This document shows, piece after piece, positions 50,845-64,000 of a DNA stretch of 64,000 nt (the first letter of the stretch is position 1; each line of letters opens with the position of its first letter). Under the pieces are notes generated by a model, which was not told where the DNA came from, did not search any database, and was given only the letters and a program-made list of their open reading frames with translations. The position numbers were made by a program, and so were the translations under genes. The stretch lies in contig OZ024758.1 of NCBI GenBank assembly GCA_964016885.1, positions 11,036,001 to 11,100,000 on the forward strand, read 5' to 3'. Source of the stretch: Eledone cirrhosa. Its lineage: Eukaryota.

Positions 50845-51067
50845 TTAATTTCTAATTTAGATAGAAAGCCAGCAAATTTAGGGAAAGAACAAAGTTGATT
50901 ATATCAACTCCAGTCCCAGTATTTGGTTGGTATTAATTAAATTTTATTGACCCCTAGAAGGATGAAAGGTAAAGTTGACCTCAGTGGGATTTGAACTCAG
51001 AATGTTAAGAGCTAGAACAAATGCAGCAATATTTTATTTGATGCTCCACCAATTCTGCCAATCCACT
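50845..51067 (-). mobile_element. Older SINE S1 copy
   Basis: GGATGAAAGGTAAAGTTGACCTCAGTGGGATTTGAACTCAG...CTGCCAATCCAC. Confidence 0.75.
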
Positions 51068-52076
51068 ACAAATAATACAACTATTTATTAGAATTTTCAG
51101 GGATTTTGGTTAGAATTTCCAGGGAATTTTGTCAGAATTAATTTCATAAAAACACAACAATAAATATCCTTTATTAATTAAAACCAGCAATTAATAATTT
51201 CAGTTCCTGCTGATAGTAAGGACATTTATTTAAATATTTCTTTAATTTTAGAAATGTCTATTTTTTGACAAGGTAGAAGGCCAATGTTTTGTGTGTAAAT
51301 AATCAGTATTATAGGATCAACTAAACTCACCCAGTGTATTGGAATTATTTTGTTGTTAACCACCCAGAAGTAACTATCAAAAACAAATTCAAAGCCAGCT
51401 GAATTTGAACTAAAGACCGAGAATGACAAATACTAAATTTAACCAATTAATCGAGCATACAAAACAATCTCTGCCTACCCCAACACCCTTCACTTTTTTT
51501 AGTTAAAAAAATTACCAAATTGAAATTTGATACAAGTGTGTGTATGTGTTTATATGTAAATGTGTTTGTGTGTGTGTGCATGCATGTTTGTGTTTATGTG
51601 TGTGGGTATGTTTGTGTATGTATGCATGTGTGTGCGTGTGTTTTGTTTGTTTTTCTTTTGTATTGGTTTAATTATTTTTATTTTATCATATTTTATTCAT
51701 TTATCTGCTGAAGATGGTAAATGAAGAAACAAGCAAGAACAAGACATATTTCAAAGTAATTTACATAATTAATTAATAACTAAATGTTAAATAAATACAT
51801 AAATTAATAAATATAAATAAATATAATATACAAAGCGTAGGTAAATATTACCAAAGAAACCATTTTTAAGCTAAAAAAATTTAATAATTACAACTTTTCA
51901 TGTTTCTTTTTTTCGTTTTTTTTCTTCTCTTTTTCTTCAAATTGAAAAAAATTAATTTCAATTTTTTCTTTTTTTTTTTACATTTTTTTTAAATTTAAAT
52001 TTACTTCAATGTTTGAAAAAAAAATCTTTGTGCAGAGATATGTGTTTTATACTTTTGAAAGAAATTACTGAAAGAA

Positions 52077-52300
52077 TCACACACCAGGTATGAGGTGAGA
52101 GAATTAAGCCTGATTCTTTAATCACACACTAGGTATGAGGTGAGAGAATATAACTTGACTCTTTAATCAATCACACACCAGGTATGAGGTGCAAAAATTG
52201 AGTCTGACTCTTCAATCTCACACCAGGTATGAGGTGAGAGAATTAAGCCTGACTCTTTAATCACACATCAGGTGAGGTGAAAGAATATAACCTGAATCTT
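52077..52300. repeat. About 45-bp minisatellite, 5 diverged units
   Basis: ATCACACACCAGGTATGAGGTGAGAGAATTAAGCCTGACTCTTTA. Confidence 0.9.
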
Positions 52301-55174
52301 CCATCAAATACTTCTGCCAAACTTTATTAATCACTCTACTTAATTAAATATGTGTTTCATTAAACAAAACAAAAAAAAAATTTAATATCAACACATTTGG
52401 ATAGTAAAACCCGTTTCTGTTTTGGTTTTTATTTGTTGTTTTTATTATTGTTTTTGTTTTGTTTCTTTTCTTTTTTTTTTCAATAAACTATGACAAAACC
52501 TCAGAATATGACAGACAAATGATTTGTGACAATATGTAAGGATAACAACAACAACACAGAAATATAAATATGATATAACTTCCATAATGAACAGACAGGT
52601 GAATAACAAATAATAGTTTCAAGATAAAATACCCACACTGTTACTTAAAGACCCTCATTATTAATATGAAATCTGTCATGGGGCCTAAAAGGGTAACCCC
52701 TGCTTTAGGAAGGAAGGAAGGAAGGAAATGGTCTGAAAACATTTGTACTTTTACTGAGATACAACATGATCAACAACATAAAATAAGTTGTCAGCCATGA
52801 GCAGTTAGATATGGTAAAATCCGGGATCTAGGAAAACTGTGATGGTCTATGGCAGCAACTATAAGTCATAAGGAAATTTTACAGTTGGTCAAAGGTTTCA
52901 GTCCCTGGCTATGTGAAGAAAATCTAAGGTTTCAGGCCCTTGCTATATGTAGAAAGAAAGTCTAAGGTTTCAGGCCCTTGATATGAAGTATCCACCAGCC
53001 ACTTGGCTGTGATGAAGATGAGAGAAAGGAGTAGCAGAGATAAGGCTGGCCCAAGGAACTTTCCAGAAGGACCTCAGACACACAGGGCCCAGTTAAACAG
53101 GTGCAGAAAGAACTGTGGTGAATAAACCATGCTGTAGGAAGCCTGCTCCCTCATGTGTTTCAAGGTGTGGGAAGACCTATGAAAAACTAAAATAACAACA
53201 AAGAGTTTTTAAATTATAACCCTCGCTGTGTAAAAGATTTTTGTGTTCTCTAAATAATAAATTCTAAGACAAACTTTAATGTAGTTATAACTACAGTTTC
53301 TAAATTATAACCCTCGCTGTGAAAAGAGAACAAGATATAAATACATTTTGTTCTACATATACATAATATACATATAGTGCATAAATGTTTTTTTTATTTA
53401 AATAAATAATATGAATTAAAATAGATTTTCTTTAATAAACATTATTAGATGAACTAGACTGAAAGACACCCTAAACATATCAAACATTTATTTGTTATCT
53501 AACTCAGTTCTATACTAGGATGATGATGAAGATGATGATGTTGATGATGATGTTGACAACGATGATGATGATGATGATGATGATGATGCCCCAACTCCCA
53601 CCAAAATATGATGAAGAAAATCATATGAAAATACATTGTTTTTAAATAAATTGACAGAAGAAAATTTGAATTTAAAAGGAGAACATTGAACCCAAGTTTC
53701 ATATTTGGGCAAAGTAATATATGTGTGAGTGTGTGTAAGTGTTTGTGTGGCAGTGAGTATGTGTGAGTGTGTATGTGTTTGTGTCAGTAAGTATGTATGT
53801 GTTTGTGTGTGTGTTAATGACCCAAGCTTCATATTTGAGCAAAGTAATGTATGTGTGAGTGACTATGTGAGTATATGTGTGAGTGTGTGTATGTATGTAT
53901 CTATGTGTGAGTATGTGTAAATATGTGTGTGTATGTATTAATGAGTGAATATTCAAATTTACTTTATTATATTCAAATATAATTACTATAATTACTAAAG
54001 AAGTTATGTTTAAAATGTTAGAGAAATGGTATTTCAGAAATATATATATTTAAAATATCTGACCAGGTGAAAGAAAATGAATCTAATCAAAAGAACAATT
54101 TAAAAAAAAAATGAAAGATATATAGAAAAATCTTTATTGCTAAATAAAATGAGATAAAATGGCGCTAAAATATGTGAACAGGGGAGATAAATGTTAATGA
54201 AATAGATATTAAGAATTATTTCCCTTGCAAACAAATTATATTTTTTACTTGAAGTTTGTAAAAACATCTCACGTTTTTAAATTAAATGTTTTTGATTTGT
54301 GGTTTCAATAATTTAATTCTTAGCAATAATTGATATGGTTTTATTGATGATAGTTCGATTTTGTTTTGTTTTTGATAATTGCTCATAGCTTTAATTAAAG
54401 AGATTTGCACGATATACATAATTTATACTAACAAAAACTGAGTGTGTGTCTGCAATTCTACAGTGTGTGTGTGTGTGTGTGTGTATACACACACATACAT
54501 ACATATATATGGCAGCTAGGAATGTATTTTCAATATTTGTCAAAGTTTTGTACGCATGCATGTATGTTTGTATGTGTGTGTATATATATATATGCATGTA
54601 TGTATTATATGCATGTGTATGTTGGTGTTTGGGTGATGGGAGATAGGAGAATACAGACAACAACAATGACAGCAACAACAACAAAAAGGTAGGAAAAAGA
54701 ATGAAAGCAATAAATAATAACAAGAAGGAACCCAACAATACTAAAGAACAAAAAAAAAAAACAGCAGTGAATACCTAGACATCTTGAATAATCAGCATTC
54801 TATGTGAAGCTGTTAACAACAATAACAACAATATCATACACTTAAGTTGGCCCACCTTATTTTTTTCACTATTCCAAAGAACATATTAAATAAGGAAAGC
54901 TGTTTCTGTACAATTTCTTAACAACACACAGAAGAGATCTATTTTGTTAATTCATTCCATTGTTTGTTTTTGGCTTTGTTTGTTGTTGTTTCTCTTGTTC
55001 AGTTGTTGTTGCTTGTGTGTGTGTTTGTGTGTTGTATTGTAAGCTTTAATAGCAAGCATGTACATGTGTATGTGTGTGTATATATGTGTGTGTATACGTG
55101 TGTCCCTGTGTGAGTATTTGGTTGAGAAAATGTCTGTATATTTGAGCGAGGTTCTGTATATATGTGTGTGTATT

Positions 55175-55225
<51 letters not shown>

Positions 55226-55363
55226 ATATGCGTGTGTATTCATATACATATATATATATGTATGTATGTGTGTGCATGTATGTGTGTATATATATTTATG
55301 CAAACATACACACATATATTTATGTGTATACACAAACGCATTATATATATTGAAATATATATG

Positions 55364-55397
<34 letters not shown>

Positions 55398-55704
55398 GAT
55401 ACACAACCACGTATATATATATATATATATATATATTTACTAATGAATGTGTCAATAAATAATTATAGTCCCCCAAAATCTTGGGTCGTACGTGAGAAAA
55501 AGGAATAAGTTAAGAATATAATAAATATTCAAAAGTCAAAAGATAAAGATTTTAGATTGAGTTGAGTTTCGAGTAAACTGAGCAGATTAGATAATTAATT
55601 ATATATAGAGAGGGGGAGAGAGGGGGGTATATGGGGGGGGGGGGGGAAACAGATTACAGGGGGGAGGGGACAACACTAAGTAAGAAGATAATAATAATAA
55701 TAAT

Positions 55705-55921
55705 GATTTCTACAATGGGCACAAGGCCAGTAATTTAGGGGGAGGGGAAAGTCGATTAAATCTACCCCAGTGCATTACTGGTACTTTATTTTATCAACCC
55801 CCGCAAGGATGAAAGGCAAAGCTAACCTCAGCGGGATTTGAACTCAGATCATAAAGGGCCATAACTCTATGCTGCAAAGCATGGCGTCCGACCCTCTACC
55901 GATACTGCCAATCCACTGCCC
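55705..55921 (-). mobile_element. Full-length SINE S1, long-tail variant
   Basis: reverse complement of the consensus, in an (AAT)n context. Confidence 0.9.
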
Positions 55922-56916
55922 TTTATAATAATAATACTAATAATAACAATGGTAATAATAATAGTAATAATATTAATAATAAGTACAGCACAAGAAGGAA
56001 GACATGAACAAGTGATGAAATTCATACAAACTTAACTGCAGTTTTTTTGTTTGTTTTTTTTGTCGTTTTTTTTTTTGTTTTTACATGAACATGAAACGAC
56101 CCCCTAGAGAGATATGACGGGGGAGGTGTGGTGTGTGTGTGTATATATATAAGGATCAATTTGTGTAGTAGTGATAGTAGCGCTGTATGTTTTCTGCTGG
56201 TCATAGCTGACTCTGTGTTCCCTTCATTGATTCGTCACTAAACAGAAGAAAGCTATAAAGAAAAATAATGAAATATAACAGTTTTGTTGTTGTTTTGTTT
56301 CATTATTGTTGTTTTTTTAATGAATAAAGTAAACAAAAAAATAGAATAAGAAATAAAATAGAATAAGAAAACATTACAGCAATACGAGAGGAAACATATC
56401 ATTGATGATGTCACATGTGTGTGACGAAAGAACTCTGAGAGACTATATACATATATATATGTATATAAACTGGTGGTCAATCAATGATAAACATTAATTT
56501 CTAGCTGAATTAATTATAGAAATATAAAATATACTGAAGAAAAAACCAACCCAACCCAAATCAAACCAAACAGTGAGTATGTTTTACTATATATTTCTGG
56601 CAATATTATAACAACATGACCCTCCCCAAATATAACACAAAAAAAAACAACAAAGGATTACGTAAAATTTTATAAATAAAAACTGAAATTGGTTTCGTTT
56701 TTATATTTTTAAAAATATTTGAAATGTATGAGTGAGACACCGTCATCTGGTCTGGCTTGTCTTACAACTGGGAAACTCGTCTAACAAGAAGCATTTTAAA
56801 GCCATTTTCCATGCTTAAGCTGTATATATATATATCACTTTATTTCACATTGCTCCAGTTTACTCAGGTGTAGAAATGAGATGATAGGGACTAGTGTCCA
56901 TATCATTCCACTGCAA

Positions 56917-57120
56917 AGTGGACGTGTAGGTGCCACGGCAAAAAAGCACCCAGCACTCACTGTAGAGTGGACATGTAGGCGCCACGGAAAAAAGGAAAAA
57001 AAGCACCCAGCACTCACTGTAGAGTGGACATGTAGGCGCCACGGAAAAAAGGAAAAAAAGCACCCAGCACTCACTGTAAATGAGGTTGGTGTTAGGAAGG
57101 GCATCCAGCTGTAGAAATCA
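56917..57120 (+). mobile_element. SINE-like fragment containing a 57-bp internal tandem triplication
   Basis: GCACCCAGCACTCACTGTA at 56946, 57003 and 57060, then GGTTGGTGTTAGGAAGGGCATCCAGC; an inverted relative lies at 62090-62146. Confidence 0.7.
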
Positions 57121-57284
57121 AGCCAGAATCAGTTCCCGTCCCACCCTTGCAAGCAGGGAAAAAGCGGACGTAAAATGATGATGATATATATATATATAAG
57201 TTTATCCCGGGTTCAATTGGGGGTAATCACAGTAAGTAAGGTACTCAATACATAGCAGAGTATAAATATTTAATATAGAAATGG

Positions 57285-57331
57285 CTTCTACAGGAGTAGA
57301 ACTGTTTCATTCGGGAGAAATCATCAGGAAG
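57285..57331 (-). ncRNA. Type I hammerhead ribozyme, family A variant (element 57198-57378)
   Basis: CUUC-CUGAUGA-U-UUC[UCCC]GAA-U-GAA-ACAG[UUCUACUC]CUGU-A-GAAG; stem I covaries with the other copies (AUUC/GAAU vs CUUC/GAAG). Confidence 0.75.
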
Positions 57332-57373
57332 ATGATTTCTCCCGAATGAAACTGTTCTAGTCCTGTAGAAGCC

Positions 57374-57450
<77 letters not shown>

Positions 57451-57850
57451 TAGATGTGTGTGTGTGTATTTTCTTTACAAGTGAACTAACAAACAAATTC
57501 CAAAGACTTCTCACACACAATCAATAAGAAAGTCTTTTTGTCAATGTTTTCTTTACAGAAATGTGAGAAAATAAATGACCAGCACCATCAATCTTTAGGT
57601 TCGTGTCATTTACTGTTACTCTTTCTGTCCATTCTTTGTTCTACATTCTCAGAGAGGAACAAATGGTCTTCAGGTTAAAGGATTAGACTATTATTAAACA
57701 CTATTGTGTAATATATTTATAGCATATTACTTCAGATTTTAGGGTGTACACCTCTGAAAAAGATAATCTATCATGTGTTGCTGTTATTGTTGGTGTTGTT
57801 GTTATTGTTGGTGTTGTTGTTGTTAGCTGTAGGTCAGATCTGATTAATTA

Positions 57851-58304
57851 TTAACCCTTTAACATTTAAACCAACCGTATCTGGCCAGAATTATTTCACT
57901 TCTTTCTGTTTAAACTGGCTATAACTGGCCACTCATACTGATGTTAAGGTATTGTTCTCAAAATAAATAATATCAAAATCTCATACATTTGATATTATGT
58001 GAGATTATTACGTGAAATAAAGTGTTTACAGTGAAAATACAATAGGAAATATAGATTAATGTAAATGCTAAAGGGTTAACCCTTTAATGTTCTAACCGGG
58101 CCAAAACCGGCCAGAATTCTCTACCTCCTTCTGTTGAAACTGGCTGTAACTGGTCGCTCAAACTGATGTTAAGGTATTGTTCTCAAAATAAATACTTTCA
58201 AAATCTCATAGATTCGATATTATGTGAGATAATTATGTGAGATAAAGCATTTACCATGAAAATATAATAGTATATATAAAGTAATGTGAATGCTAAAGGG
58301 TTAA
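57851..58304. mobile_element. Tandem pair of piggyBac-like MITEs sharing a central TTAA
   Basis: TTAA-CCCTTTA...TAAAGGG-TTAA-CCCTTTA...TAAAGGG-TTAA at 57851, 58076 and 58301; the two bodies are homologous. Confidence 0.85.
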
Positions 58305-58339
58305 AGAAATAAAAATCAGAATAAAAAGAGAAATCATAC

Positions 58340-58845
58340 CTTGTTTGTGGTCATGTGTTGGTCATGTTAGTTTCAGAACTTGGACTGCAAGCATGTAATG
58401 AATCTGCTGGTGTTGTGCTTGCCGTCGCTGTGTTACTACTGAAAGTTGTATCTGCCGGTGTGGTGCTACTGAAAGTTGTATCTGCCGGTGTGGTGCTACT
58501 GAAAGTTGTATCTGCCGGTGTGGTGCTACTGAAAGTTGTATCTGCCGGTGTGGTGCTACTGAAAGTTGTATCTGCCGGTGTGGTGCTACTGAAAGTTGTA
58601 TCTGCCGGTGTGGTGCTACTGAAAGTTGTATCTGCCAGTGTGGTGCTTGCTGTCGCTGTGTTACTACTGAAAGGTGTAGGAGGAAATTCTCCTGCTGGCG
58701 TTTCTGGTGGTGCTGGTTCAGGAATCTCTGTTGGGCAATCTTTGATATGTGGCATTTCTGGTGAGTAAGTGGCCATATCAAAGCTTGCAGTAGACAGACG
58801 CTCACTCGGAGGAGACACTGTAAGCAGTTGATCATCACTGTTCTG
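58340..58845 (-). CDS. Probable exon encoding a Thr/Ser/Pro-rich, mucin-like repeat segment (TTFSSTTPAD)n
   Basis: minus-strand acceptor TTTTCTAATTTCTGTTCAACAG|CAG with branch-like CTAAT, donor AAG|GTATGA at 58340, GC-richer open frame QNSDDQLLTVSPPSER..., 30-bp in-frame repeat at 58439-58618; TGA 11 nt before the donor. Confidence 0.6.
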
Positions 58846-58968
58846 CTGTTGAACAGAAATTAGAAAACACCGTAAAGAATGAAATGAAATGAAAACAATG
58901 AAGTTTACATCTCACATCTAAATAGGTTTGACTGGTCTTCAATGAAGTCACATCTCATAGATTTCTGG

Positions 58969-59517
58969 AGTGTTTTAAAGATAGGGACCAAGTGTCTTAA
59001 TTATAGGGCCCAAGTGTTTTAATGTTAGGGGCCGAGTGTTTTAAAGATAGGGACCAAGTGTCTTAATTATAGGGCCCAAGTGTTTTAATGTTAGGGGTCA
59101 AGTGTTTTAATGATAGCGACCGAGTGTTTTAAAGATAGGGACCAAGTGTCTTAATTATAGGGCCCGAGTGTTTAAATGTTAGGGGTCAAGTGTTTTAATG
59201 ATAGGGACAGTGTTTTAATGATAGGGACCGAGTGTTTTAATGATAGGGACCGAGTGTTTTAATGGTAAGGACCAAGTGTTTTAATGCTAGGGGTCAAGTG
59301 TTTTAATGATGGGGTCAAGTGTTTTAATGATAGGGACCGAGTGTTTTAATGGTAGGGACCGAGTGTTTTAATGCTAGGGATCAAGTGTTTTAATGCTAGG
59401 GATCAAGTGTTTTAATGATAGGGACCGAGTGTTTTAATGTTAGGGATCAAGTGTTTTAATGATAGGGACCGAGTGTTTTAATGATAGGGACCGAGTGTTT
59501 TAATGATAGGGACCAAG
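58969..59517. repeat. 21-bp minisatellite (GTGTTTTAATGATAGGGACCGA variants), about 26 units
   Basis: direct reading. Confidence 0.95.
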
Positions 59518-60079
59518 TAAAGCAACATGAAATGAAGTGTCTTCCTTAAAAACCATATATATATACATGTGTGTGTGTTTATATTTGTCTAAACATAGTG
59601 CAGGTAATAATATATCTACAGACATATTATATAGCAAGGTGTTTACATCTGTGTATATATATACAGTGTAGGTTAAAAATCTATATATATATATATATAT
59701 ATCATATATACATCATATATATATATATATATATCATATATACATCATATATATATATATATATATCATATAACATTGCAACAAAACACTATTAATGCTT
59801 CAATAATTTATTTCAATATATTAGTGTCTTGTGTGATGAAGTAGAGTTAAGGACAAAGTCTAATATACTCTGGATGAAGTCACTCATTGGATAAGAAAAT
59901 CAATATCTTACTGATAAAAGGTTTCTTAAAAATATCTTCCATTGTATCAACATTCTTCTAATATATCAATATATATAGATCTGTTTAAAATTCCTATGTT
60001 CTTACACTTGCTAAGTCAGCTGAACTGGAACTAACTGTCTTAGCTATTTACTGCAGAATTTATATAGAAAAATAATAAT

Positions 60080-60268
60080 AATTGTTTCTACTTTTGGCAC
60101 AAGGCCAGCAATTACCCAGTACATTACTGGTACTTTATTTTATCGACCCCGTAAGGATGAAAGGCAAAGTTAACCTCGGCGGTATTTGAACTCAAACCGT
60201 AAAGGAACGTAACTATGCTAGAAAGCATGGCGTCCAACCCTCTACCGATACTGCCAATTCACCGCCCC
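60080..60268 (-). mobile_element. Full-length young SINE S1
   Basis: reverse complement of the consensus. Confidence 0.92.
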
Positions 60269-60281
60269 ATAATAATAACAA

Positions 60282-60716
60282 TAATGAAAATTATTGTGTA
60301 CAGTGCTCAGGTGCGCTACAACTCATCAAAGGTGCATGTATAGTTATAGTACATAGAATAATGTACAAATGTCAGGAAAGTGAATAGTGTATGAATCCTG
60401 ATATACACACAGACACACATACCACACACCATTATATAAACATTATTATATATACACACTATTTATATAATGAAAATGAATGTGTACAGTGTTCAGGTGC
60501 ACTACAACTCATCAAATGTGCATGGAATAATGTACAAATGACAGGAAAGTGAACAGTGTATGAGTTATGATATATACACAGACACACCACACAATATTAT
60601 ATAAACTGTTATATATACACACACCACTTATATAATGAAAATGAATGTATACTATGCTCAGGTGCACTACAACTCATCAAATGTGCATGTATAGTATATA
60701 GAATAATGTACAAATA
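60282..60716. repeat. Diverged tandem repeat with 165-185-bp units, about 2.5 units
   Basis: AATGAAAAT...TCAGGTGC(A/G)CTACAACTCATCAAA at about 60282, 60469 and 60634. Confidence 0.85.
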
Positions 60717-61068
60717 TCATAATCTTCATTCTTTAACTATTATTACTCCAAGTATAACCTGCATAAAAATTACCGCGAACTCACTGCATAGCTATGGAAG
60801 CATCTTGTCGAGTCAAAAAAAAGCCGTACATTAAAACTACCCACGACGCAGAGTACTCACAACCTCTAACTTGATTACCTATAACGATAACTTGTTATCC
60901 CATATCAATATATATATATTTAGATCTGTTTAGAATTTCTATGTTCTTACACATGCAAAGTCAGCCAAGCTGGAACTATCTGCCTTAGCTGCAGAATTCT
61001 TATGTTAAAATATATATATATATATACGATATATTAACAAATGGAAACTATATTTATAAAACGATATT

Positions 61069-61133
61069 TATTTCATTATACATATTTCAAGGACACCAAG
61101 TTAAATTATGGTGTGCTTTCATCAGATAAAATA
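61069..61133 (-). ncRNA. Type I hammerhead ribozyme, family B (element 61028-61340, 5' part inverted relative to the tail)
   Basis: UAUUUUAU-CUGAUGA-AAGCACACCA[UAAUUUAACU]UGGUGUCCUU-GAAA-UAUGUA-UA-AUGAAAUA. Confidence 0.8.
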
Positions 61134-61632
61134 TAATATAGAGCAGTTTTATAAATAAATATTGACGTACCCTTAAAGAATGCGACCATTTCTGTTGGAA
61201 GCTCCCGGATATATTAATATATCGTATTTTTATATGTTAATATATCGTATTTTTACGCCAATAATTTGTTGAGTGCTTTATATCAGTTATAAAAATATTT
61301 GCTTGTTGTATCCCAACACTTTAAATAGGACTTCTACATTTATATATATATATATATATTTCATATATATTTATCCTTATCGAGCCCTCTTTGGATTTTA
61401 GTCTTCATATATATATTTATATATATATATATATATATATATACTGTGCTATTCTTTTACTGGACTGTGGCCATGCTAGGGCACCACCTTCATATAGTCA
61501 ATCATATCGACCTCAGTACTTAGGTTATCTGTTTCAAGTCTAGTACTTATTTTTATTGATCTCGTTTTATTTTTGACAAACTACCAAGTTATGGGGTATA
61601 AAACCGAGACACGATCATAAATATAGACTTGT

Positions 61633-61685
<53 letters not shown>

Positions 61686-62235
61686 TATATATATACACAC
61701 ACACACATATATATATACACACACACACATACACATATATACACACACACACACACATATATATACACACACACATATATATATATATATACACACACAC
61801 ATATATATATATATACACATATATATATATATATACACATATGCACATATACACACATAAACATATACACACACAGATAAACACATATGTATATACACAC
61901 ATATACACGCACACACATACATATACAGGCACATACATGTATATAAACACACACACACAATCATCATCATCGTTATAACATCTGCTATATATATTCATTA
62001 TGTAGCTAAGTGGTGAGTCTTGTTACTCTGGAGTTTCATCTGTGGTTGACACAACTGAAGGGTCCTCCCAACCCTTTGTTTGGCAAGATCTCTACGACTG
62101 GATGCCCTTCCTATCACCAACCACTTTACAGAGTGTACTCGGTGCATTTATCATGAAGATCACCAACACTAGGGGGCTGTAATGTCCTTGATACAACTGA
62201 AGGGTCCTCTCAAACCTTTGTTACAATATATATAT

Positions 62236-62421
62236 AATTGTTTCTACTTTAGGCACAAGGCCAGCAATTACCCAGTGCATTACTGGTACTTTTATTTTAT
62301 CGACCCCGTAAGGATGAAAGGCAAAGTCAACCTCGGCGGGATTTGAACTCAGATCGTAAAGGGACGTAACTATGCTGGAAAGCATGGCGTCCGACCCTCT
62401 ACCGATACTGCCAATCCACCG
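62236..62421 (-). mobile_element. Full-length young SINE S1 with target-site duplication
   Basis: reverse complement of the consensus; ACAATATATATATAAT-like sequence on both sides. Confidence 0.92.
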
Positions 62422-63462
62422 CACAATATATATATATAATGACGGGCTTCTGCAGTTTCTATCTACCAAATTATCCTCTAAAGACTTTAATAGAAGACAG
62501 TTGCTCTCTGGTGTCAAACAATGCGACACAACCCAGAACCATGCAGTTACAAATCCAACTCCTTAACCACCTAGCCATGTCTATATTCATCTACATTTAC
62601 AAAAATACTGTATTCTTCCTTGTAAATAATGTATATGTAGAAAACTTCTATAAATTCATTTTATTATTGTACATTATATTCTAAAGATAAGAAACACTTC
62701 ATTTAATAATGGTTTAACAAAAATAACAGAGAAAGATTTCCTAAAAAAAAGAGTGTTATTTAGACAGGTATTAATTTACATCAAGATAGGAAAACAAAAT
62801 AAGCTTTAAAAATATTCCTAATTCTATTATAAATTCCAGATATTCAGAAAAAATTGACAATTTGGAAATGTTGACGGCTTGTTTCTAACAAATAGAAATA
62901 GTTAATGGTATTTGAAAATTGATATGAAGTGTTTTAAAAACAATTCTTTCATTTTTTTTTACTAGAATTTATTCAGAATCTCAATAAATTCTATAACAGA
63001 AGAGACTCAATGAAAAATCTCAAAATTTCACTTGTGTTACCTAATTTGTTAGGGTGTTTCCCTACATTAGAGTGAGGGTCCTATAGAGGGTCCAAGGTGG
63101 TACATGAAAATATTTTATTGGCCTCTAGGAGATAGCATTTTTTAGAGGAGGGGGGGGGGGGTTAATGATTTCTATTTTTTTTTTTTACTGTGTAACCATT
63201 GCCTTAATGGGAAGTAGTCAATCATATCAACCCCAGTAATGATTTAAAACACACATTCTGCTACACACACACCTCAGGGTGTGAAAACAACCATATCCAT
63301 TAAATAGCAACAACAGTTACAACAACAACAGCTACAACAACAATTACAACAACAGTTACAACAACAGTAACAACAACAGTGACAGATTGAGATAAAGTTG
63401 GACAACAAGCCACAATAGTTATAACGTGCAATGAAAATAGTTTAGTATGTTAGTTCTACTAA

Positions 63463-63862
63463 ATGGTGGTGGAATGGTGGAATACAGGAATGGTGGAATA
63501 CAAGAATGGTGGAACTGTGGAATGGTGGAACAGTGGAATGGTGGAATAGTGGAATACAGGCATGGTGGAACAGTGGAATGGTTGAACAGTGGAATGGTGG
63601 AATGGTGGAATAGTGGAATACAGGAATGGTGGAATGGTGGAATAGTGGAATACAGGCATGGTGGAACAGTGGAATGGTGGAACGGTGGAATAGTGGAATA
63701 CAGGAAGGGTGGAACAGTGGAAGGGTGGAATACAGGAATGGTGGAACAATGGAACGGTGGAACAGTGGAATGGTGGAATACAGGAATGGTGGAATACAGG
63801 AATGGTGGAACAATGGAACGGTGGAACAGTGGAAGGGTGGAATACAGGAATGGTGGAACAGT
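63463..63862. repeat. 8-bp-period satellite (TGGTGGAA / TACAGGAA / CAGTGGAA)
   Basis: direct reading. Confidence 0.95.
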
Positions 63863-64000
63863 AAAATGGTAAATTGAAGAAAGTGACTAAGTCTGATAGA
63901 AATAAAACTGTAAAGTTGATTGGTTGTAAAATAGCAAGAATAGACAAAATAAAAATAAAAATAAAAATAAAAATAAAAAATAGAAACTAAATAAAATTAT

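Noticed and set aside
52780-53180. GC-richer segments (also 25735-26240) as retroelement ORF remnants
   Set aside because: Multiple stops and no recognisable motif; identity not supportable from sequence alone.
63442-63947. Repeat-protein ORFs in the terminal satellite
   Set aside because: An 8-bp-period satellite that is open in several frames on both strands, with no splice or start context.

Overview
AT-rich, repeat-saturated eukaryotic DNA, probably intronic or intergenic. The SINE sequences and the huge (TA)n/(CA)n/(GTT)n load resemble an octopus or other cephalopod genome, which is my inference and not a database result. Almost every ORF in the supplied track is a microsatellite translation. 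The credible coding signals are one minus-strand Thr/Ser/Pro-rich exon (58340-58845), two 3' ends of an RTE-clade LINE ORF, and an unexplained 164-aa ORF directly downstream of a homogeneous 13-unit 106-bp tandem array. There are also many tRNA-derived SINE copies, several MITEs (piggyBac-, Tc1/mariner- and hAT-like) and a probable solo LTR. The main discovery is a dense set of short non-coding elements, mostly embedded in (TA)n tracts, that carry type I hammerhead ribozyme folds (stem I-CUGANGA-stem II-GAAA-stem III-UH-stem I). About a dozen complete or near-complete hammerheads plus several partial ones occur in at least 7 sequence-distinct types. Copies show compensatory base changes, palindromic loop III sequences, fold-back (inverted) architecture, and a shared downstream ACUC...UUGAGU hairpin. 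This looks like a diversified non-autonomous Penelope-like/retrozyme system that targets (TA)n microsatellites. All folds were worked out by eye and are untested.
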